Assembly (NCBI GenBank): GCA_964012805.1
Contig: CAXGUD010000027.1
Location: forward strand, 1-47,920
Reading direction: 5' to 3'
Source of the DNA: an uncultured Bacteriovoracaceae bacterium
Lineage (GTDB): Bacteria; Bdellovibrionota; Bacteriovoracia; Bacteriovoracales; Bacteriovoracaceae
DNA length: 47,920 nt
Positions 17,933 to 27,915 of the stretch are shown piece by piece. The position numbers were made by a program, and so were the translations under genes. Numbering within the stretch: the first letter of the stretch is position 1; each line of letters starts with the position of its first letter. The notes beneath the pieces were generated by a model. The model was not told the origin of the DNA and made no database searches. It saw nothing but the letters and a program-made list of their open reading frames with translations.

Positions 17933-19909
17933 ATGCAAGCTTCTATTTTTCCGTTTTTAGCAATTTTTACTACTTTTTTAACTCTGTCCCAACCTTTATG
18001 GGGTTCTTTATTGAATCCGTCACAAGAGATAAGGGTCGAAAGGGTTAGAGAAAAAATGGTGAATATGCTTGATAGAAGTCAAGCTTTAGACCCCGAAGAG
18101 GACTATAAATTTAGTTCCAAAGGCATTCTCCCAAAATGCCAAAAGGGATTTGAATATCAACTTGGGCTTTGTCATAGGGCTTGCCCAAAAGGAACAAAAG
18201 GCGTTGGAACAGCTTGCTACAAGGGCTGTAAAAAAGGATTTAAAGATTTAGGTTTAGGTTGTTACAAAAAAGGAAGCTTTAGAAAAAAGAAATCCTATAA
18301 AAGGGAAAGAAGTTTTAAATTTAAGAAGGCTTGCCCTGAAGGCATGAAAAAAGTCGCAGGCCTTTGTTATGAAAAATGCCGAGAAGATTATAAAGGTTTT
18401 GGCAAAACTTGCTATGAACAATGTGGGAAAAACGAGGTGAAGCTTGGGCTTTTTTGTAAATCCAAGGCAACAAAATATTTTAAAAAGAAAATCATAAGAA
18501 GAACTGAAGCTCCAATCTATAAAGGCATAGCAAGACCCAAAAAAATTAAATACCTCACAGACTCTAAGGGAAGGTCCCTCATTCTTCACGGTGTTAACTC
18601 GTCAAATTCTTCAAAGTCTGACCCAGAGTTTATGTCCTGGGTTAAAGAAAAAGACGTCATTCAAGAAACCAAAGTTTTTGGGATGAATGCTGTTAGACTT
18701 CTTATTTTTTGGGCCGCTGTAGAGCCTCAAAGAGGAGTCTACGATGAGGCCTATCTTGATAAAGTTGCTAAACGAGTCAAGTGGTATACTGATAACGGCG
18801 CTTGGGTTGTTTTGGATATGCACCAGGACGTTTATGGATACGCCGTTGGTGGGAATGGTGCCCCTGGCTGGGCGACCGATGTTGGGCGCTTTACTAAATA
18901 TAAAAACACAAGAATCACAAAATTCCTTCCTGATAAATTAAAGCACCTTTGGTGGCTCAACTATCTTAACCCAGCCGTGACTGAAGCCTTCAAAAGGTTT
19001 TGGAACTACAAAAAATATCCTTACCTACAAGACCACTATATTGGAGCTTGGAAAAAAGTGGCCTCGAGGTTTAAAGACCACCCAGGTGTCTTAGGCTACG
19101 ACCTTATGAACGAGCCTCATGCTAGTAACTTTACGAGAAGCTTTGAAAAAAAATCTTTGGGACCGATGTATAAAAGGCTTATTAAGGGCATAAGAGAAGT
19201 CGATCAAGACAAGTGGGTTTTCTTTGAGCCTAGGTCTTTTGGCGTTAATTTTGGTTTCAAGTCGCACCTTAAAAAGGTTCATGACGCAAGAAGAGGTGAG
19301 CAAAGACTCGCCTATGCTCCTCATATATATCCCATTCTTCTTCATGAAAATATCTCTTATAACTCTCTTGATAGAAAGAATGTCTCCATGTGGTCACACG
19401 CCAGAACAAAAGAAGTTGAATTGCATCAAACTCCTCTTTGGGTAGGAGAATTTGGTGGAAACGAAGATATTCCTGGCTTTGATCAATACTTAGAAGAGGC
19501 CCTTAATATGTTTGATTATATGGGGGCCAGCTGGATGTGGTGGAGTAATAGCCCTACTAAAGGGAGTTGGGGCCTTGTTGATAGAAACGGCAACGAAAAC
19601 TGGAAACTCCATTATTTAGTAAGAACCTATCCGAGGGCCGTTGCAGGTTATCCACTAGGACACTCCTTTGATATAAACTCAGGAAAATTTCTCTTAAAAT
19701 ATGAGACAAAGGCCAATGTAGAGGGCCCAACTGAAATCTTTATTCCTAAAAGACATTACCCTCATGGGTATGACCTTAAAATTTATGGTGACAGAGGGAT
19801 GAAAAAGGTTAAGAAGAAGTGGGACGAGGATTCCCAGATACTATACCTTCATACAGACCAAAGCTCTAAAACATACACCATTGTCATCACTAAAAAAGAA
19901 AGGCCTTAA
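17933..19909 (+). CDS. Secreted GH5 glycoside hydrolase, endoglycoceramidase-like, with N-terminal Cys-rich repeats and C-terminal beta-sandwich
   Basis: ILHGVN, LDMHQD, GNGAPGWA, YDLMNEP (acid/base), YAPHIYP, GEFG (nucleophile), RTYPRAVAG and PTEIFIP match the EGCase subfamily pattern. Confidence 0.88.
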   Translation: MQASIFPFLAIFTTFLTLSQPLWGSLLNPSQEIRVERVREKMVNMLDRSQALDPEEDYKFSSKGILPKCQKGFEYQLGLCHRACPKGTKGVGTACYKGCKKGFKDLGLGCYKKGSFRKKKSYKRERSFKFKKACPEGMKKVAGLCYEKCREDYKGFGKTCYEQCGKNEVKLGLFCKSKATKYFKKKIIRRTEAPIYKGIARPKKIKYLTDSKGRSLILHGVNSSNSSKSDPEFMSWVKEKDVIQETKVFGMNAVRLLIFWAAVEPQRGVYDEAYLDKVAKRVKWYTDNGAWVVLDMHQDVYGYAVGGNGAPGWATDVGRFTKYKNTRITKFLPDKLKHLWWLNYLNPAVTEAFKRFWNYKKYPYLQDHYIGAWKKVASRFKDHPGVLGYDLMNEPHASNFTRSFEKKSLGPMYKRLIKGIREVDQDKWVFFEPRSFGVNFGFKSHLKKVHDARRGEQRLAYAPHIYPILLHENISYNSLDRKNVSMWSHARTKEVELHQTPLWVGEFGGNEDIPGFDQYLEEALNMFDYMGASWMWWSNSPTKGSWGLVDRNGNENWKLHYLVRTYPRAVAGYPLGHSFDINSGKFLLKYETKANVEGPTEIFIPKRHYPHGYDLKIYGDRGMKKVKKKWDEDSQILYLHTDQSSKTYTIVITKKERP

Positions 19910-19926
19910 AAAGGCCTTTCTTTTTT
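19892..19926. terminator. Bidirectional intrinsic terminator between convergent genes
   Basis: Perfect inverted repeat AAAAAAGAAAGGCCTT-AAA-AAGGCCTTTCTTTTTT overlapping the GH5 stop codon. Confidence 0.8.
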
Positions 19927-19977
19927 TATTTTAATAAAATAAAGTTTCTATTTTTCTTTGGAAGTTAGAGCCTAGAA

Positions 19978-21678
19978 CTAGTCTTTTAACCTTTCTTCTC
20001 TATAAAGTTTAAAAAGCTTTGATTTGAGCGCAAGGTTCTTTAGAGTTTTATCTAAAAGGTCTTTAGTAGTTATTTTGGGTTTTTGAAAGAGGATATCCAT
20101 TACCTGGACCCCAACTAAGGGCTCTAAATCCTTAATTTGGTCTTCAAGAGAAATTAAGCTGACTTCATTTTCTTTAATCCACTCAAGGGCCAGTTTTTTA
20201 GGAGCAAGATAACGGCCATCACCATCAGCATCAATAAAAATAGGATTTGTAGCGGCCATCGTGAAGGGGTCTTTTGTTTTCCAATAATGCTCACTAATTC
20301 CATCACCCAATACATATACAAAAAGGTAGGCATCAATTTTAGGACGTGGGACTTTGAAATTAAGCTTAATATCTATTGGTTTTCCTTCCTCTTTGGTAAT
20401 TTTCTTTTTCCAAACAATATCACCGTTAACAAAGACAAAGACTTCTTTAGGTTTAACCCAACCTGGCGCTCTTACCGTAATCGTCCCTTTAATTTCGTTT
20501 TCATCCTTTAAAGAGACTGTGTCTCCAACTTTGTATTTATTAAAAAGTGATAAATCCGAAAAAATACCTTTGCTAACGAGGACACGCCCCTTTTTAAAGC
20601 TTTCAACAACTTCCTCTTCATTAATTTCGGCGGGGTTGTCGGTCGAACTTTTAACATAGCTCCTCGCCTGCCCCACAATTCCTTTAACCGTATGGGAATC
20701 ACTTCCCCCTACGACAGTCACTCTATAACCCTGATTTAAAAGACCCATCCAGTCTTTTAAAATGAAAAAAGGAAGGGGCTCATTTTTTGAAACGGGCGTC
20801 ATCGAGTTTTCTAATTCTAAAGCATTAAAAGGAAACCCTTTAATTTCCTTGAATGAACCTGTCACCCTATTCAGACCAAACTTTCCAAAAGGCCCTTCGG
20901 GGTTTCCATTTTTTTTCCTCCATCGAGGATGGTTTAAAATCAGAACTTCGGCCCCTTTTTCTCTGATTTTTTCATTAAAAGCTTCCCAGGTTCGAAGATA
21001 AGGTGAAGGTCTTTTATCCAAAGGATCCATGGGAAAAGCATTGATATGACCAATTCTCGTTGTTACCTCATTCCCAACAATAGGCGTGAAATGCTCATCA
21101 AACTCGAGCTCTTTTTGTATAGGAGTGTAATCTGTATTATGGTTATGATCCGTTGCTATCGGAAGCTCGATCCCCTCCCCTGCAATAGTGACCATTCTTT
21201 CATCCAAGCGGATGTCGCCATGCTTACTATATTTTAAAACGTGTACATGAGTGTCTGAAGCTACATAGCCTGTCGTATCAACAACCCTTTCAATTTCAAA
21301 TTTTAACTTTAAAAGTTCACCTTTTTTAATCTCTATCTCTTTTTTAGAGAGAGACCACTCAAATCCTTTTCCAGCAAAAACTTGGTAGCGGCCAGGTCTT
21401 AGATTAAACTGACCTTTCTCACCATCAAAGTAAAAGATCCCCTTTCTAACGGCGGTTCTTTTTTTTGTGGCACGGGTAAGCCTGACCAATTTTCCTTTAG
21501 GGTTGATGACGGTGATTCTAGAAGGGGTAAATTTTTTGGTTCTTTTGTCAATGACCTGCACCTCTACCGTGCCCTTTTTACCAAACGCTTTTTCAGTACC
21601 ACCGTAGTCATGGCCCCTGTGAGCGTAAACACTTTGCATAATGATACCTAATAAAAGAAGGACTTTTACCTTGGTCAT
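19978..21678 (-). CDS. CehA/McbA-family (PHP-like) secreted metallohydrolase
   Basis: Signal peptide; DTHVH, TDHN, GNEVT, GHIN, NHP and GGSDSH metal motifs; C-terminal TNPIFIDADGDG. Confidence 0.85.
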   Translation of the reverse strand: MTKVKVLLLLGIIMQSVYAHRGHDYGGTEKAFGKKGTVEVQVIDKRTKKFTPSRITVINPKGKLVRLTRATKKRTAVRKGIFYFDGEKGQFNLRPGRYQVFAGKGFEWSLSKKEIEIKKGELLKLKFEIERVVDTTGYVASDTHVHVLKYSKHGDIRLDERMVTIAGEGIELPIATDHNHNTDYTPIQKELEFDEHFTPIVGNEVTTRIGHINAFPMDPLDKRPSPYLRTWEAFNEKIREKGAEVLILNHPRWRKKNGNPEGPFGKFGLNRVTGSFKEIKGFPFNALELENSMTPVSKNEPLPFFILKDWMGLLNQGYRVTVVGGSDSHTVKGIVGQARSYVKSSTDNPAEINEEEVVESFKKGRVLVSKGIFSDLSLFNKYKVGDTVSLKDENEIKGTITVRAPGWVKPKEVFVFVNGDIVWKKKITKEEGKPIDIKLNFKVPRPKIDAYLFVYVLGDGISEHYWKTKDPFTMAATNPIFIDADGDGRYLAPKKLALEWIKENEVSLISLEDQIKDLEPLVGVQVMDILFQKPKITTKDLLDKTLKNLALKSKLFKLYREERLKD

Positions 21679-21702
21679 TTGAGAATCTCCCTAAATTTTT
21701 TT

Positions 21703-21718
21703 TTGGCCCATATTTTGC
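21703..21718 (+). promoter_or_regulatory. Possible sigma54 -24/-12 element
   Basis: TTGGC-CCATATT-TTGC (GG-N10-GC), about 190 nt upstream of 21907. Confidence 0.3.
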
Positions 21719-21834
21719 CCCTCATAACTCAATAACGTCAAGTTAGGATTAAACGAAACTCATGTTTAAAATTGATATAGTTTTGGATTATTGTATGAAG
21801 TTTGAAATATCTTTTTAAAAAAAGAGAAAACTTG

Positions 21835-21861
21835 TCAATTTTCAATCTATTCTACCGATAT
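21835..21861 (+). promoter_or_regulatory. sigma28/FliA-like promoter
   Basis: TCAA-N15-ACCGATAT, 45 nt upstream of ATG 21907. Confidence 0.55.
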
Positions 21862-21906
21862 TTAGGAACTTATTTAAGAGTATTTTGGAAACAATAATTT
21901 TTTTAG

Positions 21907-24078
21907 ATGAAACTAAGAATTATAGACTTTTATAATCAAAACAAAAGAGGCATTTTAATGACGGGGGCCATTTTTTTTGCGTGGCTTTTAATTATATTGT
22001 CTATATTTCTATTTTCTTTTGTTTATAAAATTCCTTTTCATTTTTCTCCTATTGAATCTATCTTAATTCCTTTTGTAATTACAATTTTTGGTTCTATATG
22101 CATTCAATATGAAATTTTAAAATTCATTTTTACGGAAAATAAATTAAGAAATTCAACCTATATCATCTTTGTAGGTCTTCATGCCTTTTATGGAATCTAT
22201 TTTAGTGTCACTCAAAACCCTGCAATAAATGGTCTTTTGGTTTTAATGATTTTTATTATAAGTTATGCCTTTTGGGGAGGCACTTTTGGCTTTAAAGAAA
22301 CTTTGGTTGTTTGTTTATTTTTTTACTTTATCTTTTATCTTTTTTTACAAATTTTAGGGATAGAGTTCGGAAAAGACGAAATTATTATGAGTATTACTTT
22401 TACCGTAAGCTCTTTAGTTTTTTCAATAAATAACGAAAGTGCAGCAAGGTTTAAGAAAACTCTTTCAATCAAAACTAAAGAATTGGATGACTCTTTGAAA
22501 GAGACAAAAGACCTACTTGATCCTATCAATACTTCTGTTTTTACTATTGGAAAAAACTTAGAGGTTATCCACCCGGTTTCAAAAAGCTCTAATGAGATCT
22601 TTGGAATGAATATAATTGGAAAAAAAGTTACTAGTTTTTTGTTTCTTAGCATAAGAAGTGGAACTAAAAACCATCGTGATTTAATGTCAGTTTTCCACCT
22701 CATTTTTGGTGAAAATGATATCCAATACGACGGAATCTCTGGTCACCTTCCCAAAAAAGTAACGATTCCCTGTGAGTTTAAGAAAAGAGGAAAAACATTT
22801 AAAATCAGTTATCATCCAATTTTTGATCAAAATGACCTCTTAGAAAAGCTAATGTTTACTGTTGAGGATATAACGGAGTCTGAGGTTTACTTAAAAACTG
22901 TTGAAGAAGATCAAAAGAACTTCAAATTTATGGATGAAATTTTAGAAACTGAGAACAAAGATAATGTTGCCAAAGATTTAGAAATTTCCTTAAATAAACT
23001 TTTTGATCTTTTAGAGGACTTCACCTCACCACTTTCTGACACATACCCTCTTTCTTACTTTCAGACAAAATTAGAAAATCAATTCGATCAATTACACAAA
23101 AAGTTTGAACATCAAAAAGAAATCAAAACTATGATATTTGGTCATATTGCCAACATTGAGCATTTTGAATTTTTTAAAAATATTCAAGACGAAATTAATC
23201 CACAAATTGAGGCAACAAATATTATTTGCGACTCTTTAGACTTTTTTTTAAAATATGCAACGGTATTTAACCGCTTTTTCCCTGTCAATTTAAACTTAAA
23301 TCGTAATTTTACAAAGATAATCATAGAAAAGGTCAGGGATCTTGATAAAGTTTTTCAAAATCTTTTTGAGTATATTTTTTTAGTCCGAGAAATTAGTCAA
23401 ATTTCGGATGCTCAATATAAAAAGGCCATACAAGCATCAAAACTCTATCCTGAATTTGATCGGACTATTGACCTAATTTGCCAAAGATCAAGACTACTGT
23501 CCTTTTTTTGCCTTGGAACCGGAGAAGATGAACTTTCAAAAACTTATGATGATCTTTCGTATCTTGTTGGACAGATGCCTAATCGGTCAAATCTTTCAGA
23601 TTATATGATTAAGAAAAACCTCATTGATCCCTATAAAATAGTTTTAGAAAAAACGAGAAATATTGAAAAAGAGATTATAAAAAGAGATGAGATAAGAAAA
23701 AAGGAGGGCCTTAGTGACTTCGGTTACTATCAACTTTTATATAAGTTATTAAAAAGGTTTGAGGTCGAAAAAAGAGGAGAAACTAATCCAAATTTACCGC
23801 CACTGCCATTAATTTCTGCAGAGCACTCCAAAGGTTTAGTTTCTTTTGTGAGAACAATGGAAGTAGTATTAAAAAACTATGATTCAATAAGTAAAGGCAA
23901 TAAACTTTTTAAAAAGGATTTTAATTTGAGTATTGAAAGACAAATTAATCATATAGAAGTTTTTATAATAAGAAGTTTATTGAATGATTTAAAAAAGAAA
24001 AATGCCTTCCCGCCAAGTCGAAATAATCAAAATTTTATCAAATTCATTAAAAACCTTATTTCAAATAAAAATAAATAA
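21907..24078 (+). CDS. Multi-TM sensor with PAS-like domain and degenerate (His-less) Hpt-like helical C-terminus; no kinase domain
   Basis: About 6 TMs; PAS-like segment homologous to that of 1330..4779 (SVFTIG...PVS..S.EIFG...K.SYHP...LMFTVEDIT); C-terminal LEDFTSPLSDTY, NPQIEA, NLFEY, KLYPEF, QRSRLL shared with 24343 and 43066. Confidence 0.8.
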   Translation: MKLRIIDFYNQNKRGILMTGAIFFAWLLIILSIFLFSFVYKIPFHFSPIESILIPFVITIFGSICIQYEILKFIFTENKLRNSTYIIFVGLHAFYGIYFSVTQNPAINGLLVLMIFIISYAFWGGTFGFKETLVVCLFFYFIFYLFLQILGIEFGKDEIIMSITFTVSSLVFSINNESAARFKKTLSIKTKELDDSLKETKDLLDPINTSVFTIGKNLEVIHPVSKSSNEIFGMNIIGKKVTSFLFLSIRSGTKNHRDLMSVFHLIFGENDIQYDGISGHLPKKVTIPCEFKKRGKTFKISYHPIFDQNDLLEKLMFTVEDITESEVYLKTVEEDQKNFKFMDEILETENKDNVAKDLEISLNKLFDLLEDFTSPLSDTYPLSYFQTKLENQFDQLHKKFEHQKEIKTMIFGHIANIEHFEFFKNIQDEINPQIEATNIICDSLDFFLKYATVFNRFFPVNLNLNRNFTKIIIEKVRDLDKVFQNLFEYIFLVREISQISDAQYKKAIQASKLYPEFDRTIDLICQRSRLLSFFCLGTGEDELSKTYDDLSYLVGQMPNRSNLSDYMIKKNLIDPYKIVLEKTRNIEKEIIKRDEIRKKEGLSDFGYYQLLYKLLKRFEVEKRGETNPNLPPLPLISAEHSKGLVSFVRTMEVVLKNYDSISKGNKLFKKDFNLSIERQINHIEVFIIRSLLNDLKKKNAFPPSRNNQNFIKFIKNLISNKNK

Positions 24079-24342
24079 ATTTACTTAATATTTTTTCTCT
24101 AGAGGATCCATATTTTTTTAAAAATATTTTTGGAGTATGATTATATGTAAAATGATGAGAACATCGATAAAAAATTTTGATCAAAATAAAAACTATTTCT
24201 AATTTTTCCCTAATAAAGTAAAACTTTTTTTAAAGCAGACTTCAATATTACGTATATTTCAAAAAAAAAACCGATAAAGCTATCATTAACAAAAATGTAT
24301 AAAGTAGCTTTTTTTTTAAAAAATATTTTTCTTTATTGAACT

Positions 24343-26550
24343 ATGACCCAGAAATTAAAATTATTCTTTAACGAAAGTAAGAAGAGTCTTTATATAACCT
24401 TAAGCGGTTTTTTCGCCTGGGTTTTTATTACCTTAACAATATACTCTTTTCACAATCTTTATAATAAACCATTTGATTTTTCTATCATCAAATACATTTT
24501 AGTTCCCTTTTTAATAACAGTTATCGGTTTCCTATTCATCCAATATGGGATCTTAAAATTTATTTTCCCTAAAAATAAATTAAAAATTCTAACCCATATA
24601 ACTTTTGTAAATTTTCATGGATTTTATGGTACATATATCGCTGCATCACAAGATCCTCAGTATAATAGTTTTGTCGCTTTATTTATTTTTATCATAGGGC
24701 CTGTCTTTTTCAATGGCAGTTTAGGCTTAAAAGGAACATTGGCTTCCTCTCTATTTTATTACGTTCTTTATTGCACTTACACTATACTTTTGGGAAAAGG
24801 CTTTAATAATGACGAATATATTATTACCATTATATTTTCATTAACAACCATAGTTATCGCATTTCTTAATGAAAGTACCATTAGATTTAAAAAGGGCCTT
24901 TCAAAAAAAAGAAAAGAACTGCATGAAAAGGCCCTTAAGTTAGATAATTCCCTAAATGAGACGAAAACCCTTATAAATAATATTAAAGTTTCAATTTTTG
25001 CTATTGAAAAAGACTTTAAAGTAGTCCCACCAGTTTCAAAATACTCTGATAAAATTTTTGGAATCGACATTGTTGGAAAAAAGGTGTCAGATTTTTTATT
25101 TTCTAATATAAAAAAGGGGACTAAAGAATACCGTGATTTATTGACAGTTTTCTCTATCATCTTTAGTGGCGATGAGATTCAGTACTTTGGGGTATCAGAG
25201 AATCTTCCTAAGAAAGTTACCCTACCAGATGAAAATAAGAATAGAGGAAAAACCTTAAAGCTTTCTTATTCCCCTTTTTTTAACAAAGACCAGCTCTTAG
25301 AAAAGCTTATGTGTACAGTCGAAGATATTACAGACTCCGAGGAGTATTTAAAAAAAGCCGAAGAAGACCAAGTAAACTTCAATTTTATGAATGAAATTTT
25401 AGATACTGAAAACAAAGAAGAACTTTCTAAAGAACTAGAATTTTCTTTGAGTGAACTTTTTGATCTTCTAGAAGATTTTACCTCTCCTCTTTCTGACACA
25501 TATTTACCTGATTACTTCCATGATAAATTAAAAAATCATTTTGGAGTTCTATACGAAAAGTATAAACATCTTAAAGAATTAGATAACCGTATAATTAACC
25601 ACATATCGAAAATTGAAGATTTTGAAAGTTTATTATTAAGGCGACAGAATAACAATCAACAACTTCTGAACCCCCAAGTAGAAGCTGCGAGTATTGTTTG
25701 TGATATGATTGAAACTTTTTTACAATACATAAAAGTCTTTAAACGCTTTATTCCAATCAATTTAAGTCTTAACAGGAGTTTTGAAAAAATTATTTTAGAA
25801 AAGGTTAAAGATATAGATAAAGTCTTTAAAAACCTTTTTGAATACATTTTTTTAGTAAGAGAAGTTGATCAAATTTCAGATAAGCAATTTCAAAAGGCAA
25901 TTCAAGTCGCCAAACTCTATCCCGATTTTGATAGAACCATGGATCTTATCCAACAAAGATCAAGACTCCTGTCATTTTTATGTTTAGGAACAGGGGAAGA
26001 AGAAATTTCAAAATCTTATAACGACCTTTCTTACCTCGTTAGGCAGATGCCAGAAAGGTCAAAGCTTTCTGAATTTATGATTAAGAAAAACCTTATTGAA
26101 CCCTATAAAGAGGTTGTAGAAAAAACTAAAAATATTGAAGAAGAACTACCAGAAAGAATTGAAGAAAGAAAAAAAGAAATTTTAAGTGACTTCGACTACT
26201 TAAAACTCCTAAATGAATTATTAAAGCGTTTTTTAAAAGAGAAGAAAGAGGGGCCTGACCAGAACCTTCCTCCTCTTCCAGAAGTAAAATCTCATGATGG
26301 TGTTGATTTAGCACCTTTTATTAATACTACTGAAATTTGTCTTAATAATTTTGAAAAACAAAGAGAACATAGTAGCGGGGATCACAAGGAACTCAGCCAA
26401 GAGTCTCTGAATAGACAAATCACGACCACAGAGTTCATGCTCACCCGTATCTTAAAAAAAGAATTAAATGAAAAAAACGCAATTCCAGTAAGCAAAACTA
26501 ACAGAAAATTTGTTTCTTTTTTAAAAGCATGGACTTCAGGTAAAGATTAA
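24343..26550 (+). CDS. Tandem paralog of 21907..24078 (multi-TM-PAS-pseudo-Hpt protein)
   Basis: Colinear with 21907..24078 over its whole length, same conserved blocks; ACCGATAA (-10-like) at 24270-24277. Confidence 0.8.
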   Translation: MTQKLKLFFNESKKSLYITLSGFFAWVFITLTIYSFHNLYNKPFDFSIIKYILVPFLITVIGFLFIQYGILKFIFPKNKLKILTHITFVNFHGFYGTYIAASQDPQYNSFVALFIFIIGPVFFNGSLGLKGTLASSLFYYVLYCTYTILLGKGFNNDEYIITIIFSLTTIVIAFLNESTIRFKKGLSKKRKELHEKALKLDNSLNETKTLINNIKVSIFAIEKDFKVVPPVSKYSDKIFGIDIVGKKVSDFLFSNIKKGTKEYRDLLTVFSIIFSGDEIQYFGVSENLPKKVTLPDENKNRGKTLKLSYSPFFNKDQLLEKLMCTVEDITDSEEYLKKAEEDQVNFNFMNEILDTENKEELSKELEFSLSELFDLLEDFTSPLSDTYLPDYFHDKLKNHFGVLYEKYKHLKELDNRIINHISKIEDFESLLLRRQNNNQQLLNPQVEAASIVCDMIETFLQYIKVFKRFIPINLSLNRSFEKIILEKVKDIDKVFKNLFEYIFLVREVDQISDKQFQKAIQVAKLYPDFDRTMDLIQQRSRLLSFLCLGTGEEEISKSYNDLSYLVRQMPERSKLSEFMIKKNLIEPYKEVVEKTKNIEEELPERIEERKKEILSDFDYLKLLNELLKRFLKEKKEGPDQNLPPLPEVKSHDGVDLAPFINTTEICLNNFEKQREHSSGDHKELSQESLNRQITTTEFMLTRILKKELNEKNAIPVSKTNRKFVSFLKAWTSGKD

Positions 26551-26704
26551 GAAACGCGGTAGGCCATTGACAATTCTTTTTCACATGCAGGTTTTCCTTG
26601 TAAAAGCCTAATTTTATTGATTAAAAACATCACATAAGTAGAGAAAAGTATCCCTTTTTTTTATGAATATTTAAAAATAGAAAACTTTTTTAAGGAGACA
26701 GTTT

Positions 26705-27154
26705 ATGAAGTTATTAATTGCCTTATTTTTCGTTTTAGGAAGCTTCAGCTCTTTTTCTAAGATTCATGAAGTTAAGCTTTTAAACAAAGGCACAGACGGT
26801 CAAAAAATGGTTTTTGAACCTATGGTTCTTTTTATTAAAAAAGGTGACAGCGTTAAGTTTATCCCTACGGATAAATCTCATAACGTAATGAGTATGACAA
26901 AAAAAGGTGGCGTCCCTACAGGCTCAAAAAAGTGGAAGGGAAAAACGTCTAAGGTTCACATTCAAAAGTTTGATGAAGAGGGAATCCACGGAATCAAGTG
27001 TCGTCCTCATCTTGCCATGGGAATGGTTGGTGCCGTTGTCGTTGGAAACGCAAAAAATTATGACGCTTTCAAAAAAGTAAGGCTTATTGGAAAAGCAAAG
27101 AAAAGATTTAAGGATATTCTTAAAACGGTTAAAACCGGTAAAGCTGGTAAATAA
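26705..27154 (+). CDS. Pseudoazurin (type 1 blue copper protein)
   Basis: Signal peptide; MVFEP, GDSVKF, DKSHNV (His ligand), CRPHLAMGMVG (Cys, His, Met ligands); AAGGAG RBS. Confidence 0.93.
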   Translation: MKLLIALFFVLGSFSSFSKIHEVKLLNKGTDGQKMVFEPMVLFIKKGDSVKFIPTDKSHNVMSMTKKGGVPTGSKKWKGKTSKVHIQKFDEEGIHGIKCRPHLAMGMVGAVVVGNAKNYDAFKKVRLIGKAKKRFKDILKTVKTGKAGK

Positions 27155-27159
27155 TTTTT

Positions 27160-27915
27160 TTAGGCCTTTAAGTTTTTTAAGTCCGCTTTATAAAACTTAA
27201 GGGCCAATAAAAGCGGCACTCCCCAATGAGGGGCCCTTAAGAGCATCGGTAAAAGACCAAGTTCAAGACCGTGGTAGTATGGCCTTAAAAAAGCTGTAAA
27301 AAGCCCCCAAAAGGCCATATAAAAAAAGACCCAAGGGCTTTTAATTCTAAAACACAATACCCCTAAGATAATATCAATGACCCCAATAACCTTTAAAAAA
27401 AGAAGGGCATCCTTTTCTTGCATGAGTGTTTTAAAAAAATAAAGGGTGTAGTCTACAAATTGGGGTTCTCCAATATAAGCTTCATAGCCGTGAAAAATAA
27501 ATGTTGAGCCTAAAGAAAGCCGAAAAAGAGTAAGCCCCCAGAACTCTCCCTTCTCATTTTTTGAAAGGTACATCATTAGAGCAAAAGGATAAATATATCT
27601 AGCCATTTGGGTAAAGAGGGCTATTTCATAATTTCTTTTCGAACCTCTAAGAAGGGTGCAAAGAGCAATTAAAAATAAGACGCTTCCTAAACTTATTAAA
27701 AAGGCCTTCCTCTTAGTCGCTAAATATAAAAAGGGAGACACTAAGAGAATGACCGAGGAAAGGCGGTCAATCCAATCCGTTATACCTTGGTCAATATTTC
27801 TTTCAAAGAGAAGAAAGTTGCCGATGGGACTTGGGTAGAGGAAGATTTCCCCACCCTGCCCTATTCCTAGTAAGAGAAGAGTTGAAATTAAAAGAATGTG
27901 AATATTTCTTTCCAA
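27160..27915 (-). CDS. Polytopic membrane protein of unknown function (DoxX-like C-terminal half)
   Basis: About 7-8 TMs; FRLSLGSTFIFHGYEA, IGVIDIILG, MAFWG, RAPHWGVP; start codon directly abuts the upstream gene's stop. Confidence 0.7.
   Translation of the reverse strand: MERNIHILLISTLLLLGIGQGGEIFLYPSPIGNFLLFERNIDQGITDWIDRLSSVILLVSPFLYLATKRKAFLISLGSVLFLIALCTLLRGSKRNYEIALFTQMARYIYPFALMMYLSKNEKGEFWGLTLFRLSLGSTFIFHGYEAYIGEPQFVDYTLYFFKTLMQEKDALLFLKVIGVIDIILGVLCFRIKSPWVFFYMAFWGLFTAFLRPYYHGLELGLLPMLLRAPHWGVPLLLALKFYKADLKNLKA

Noticed and set aside
26617..26632. FNR box upstream of pseudoazurin
   Set aside because: Only the TTGAT half-site is present; the second half does not match ATCAA at N4 spacing.
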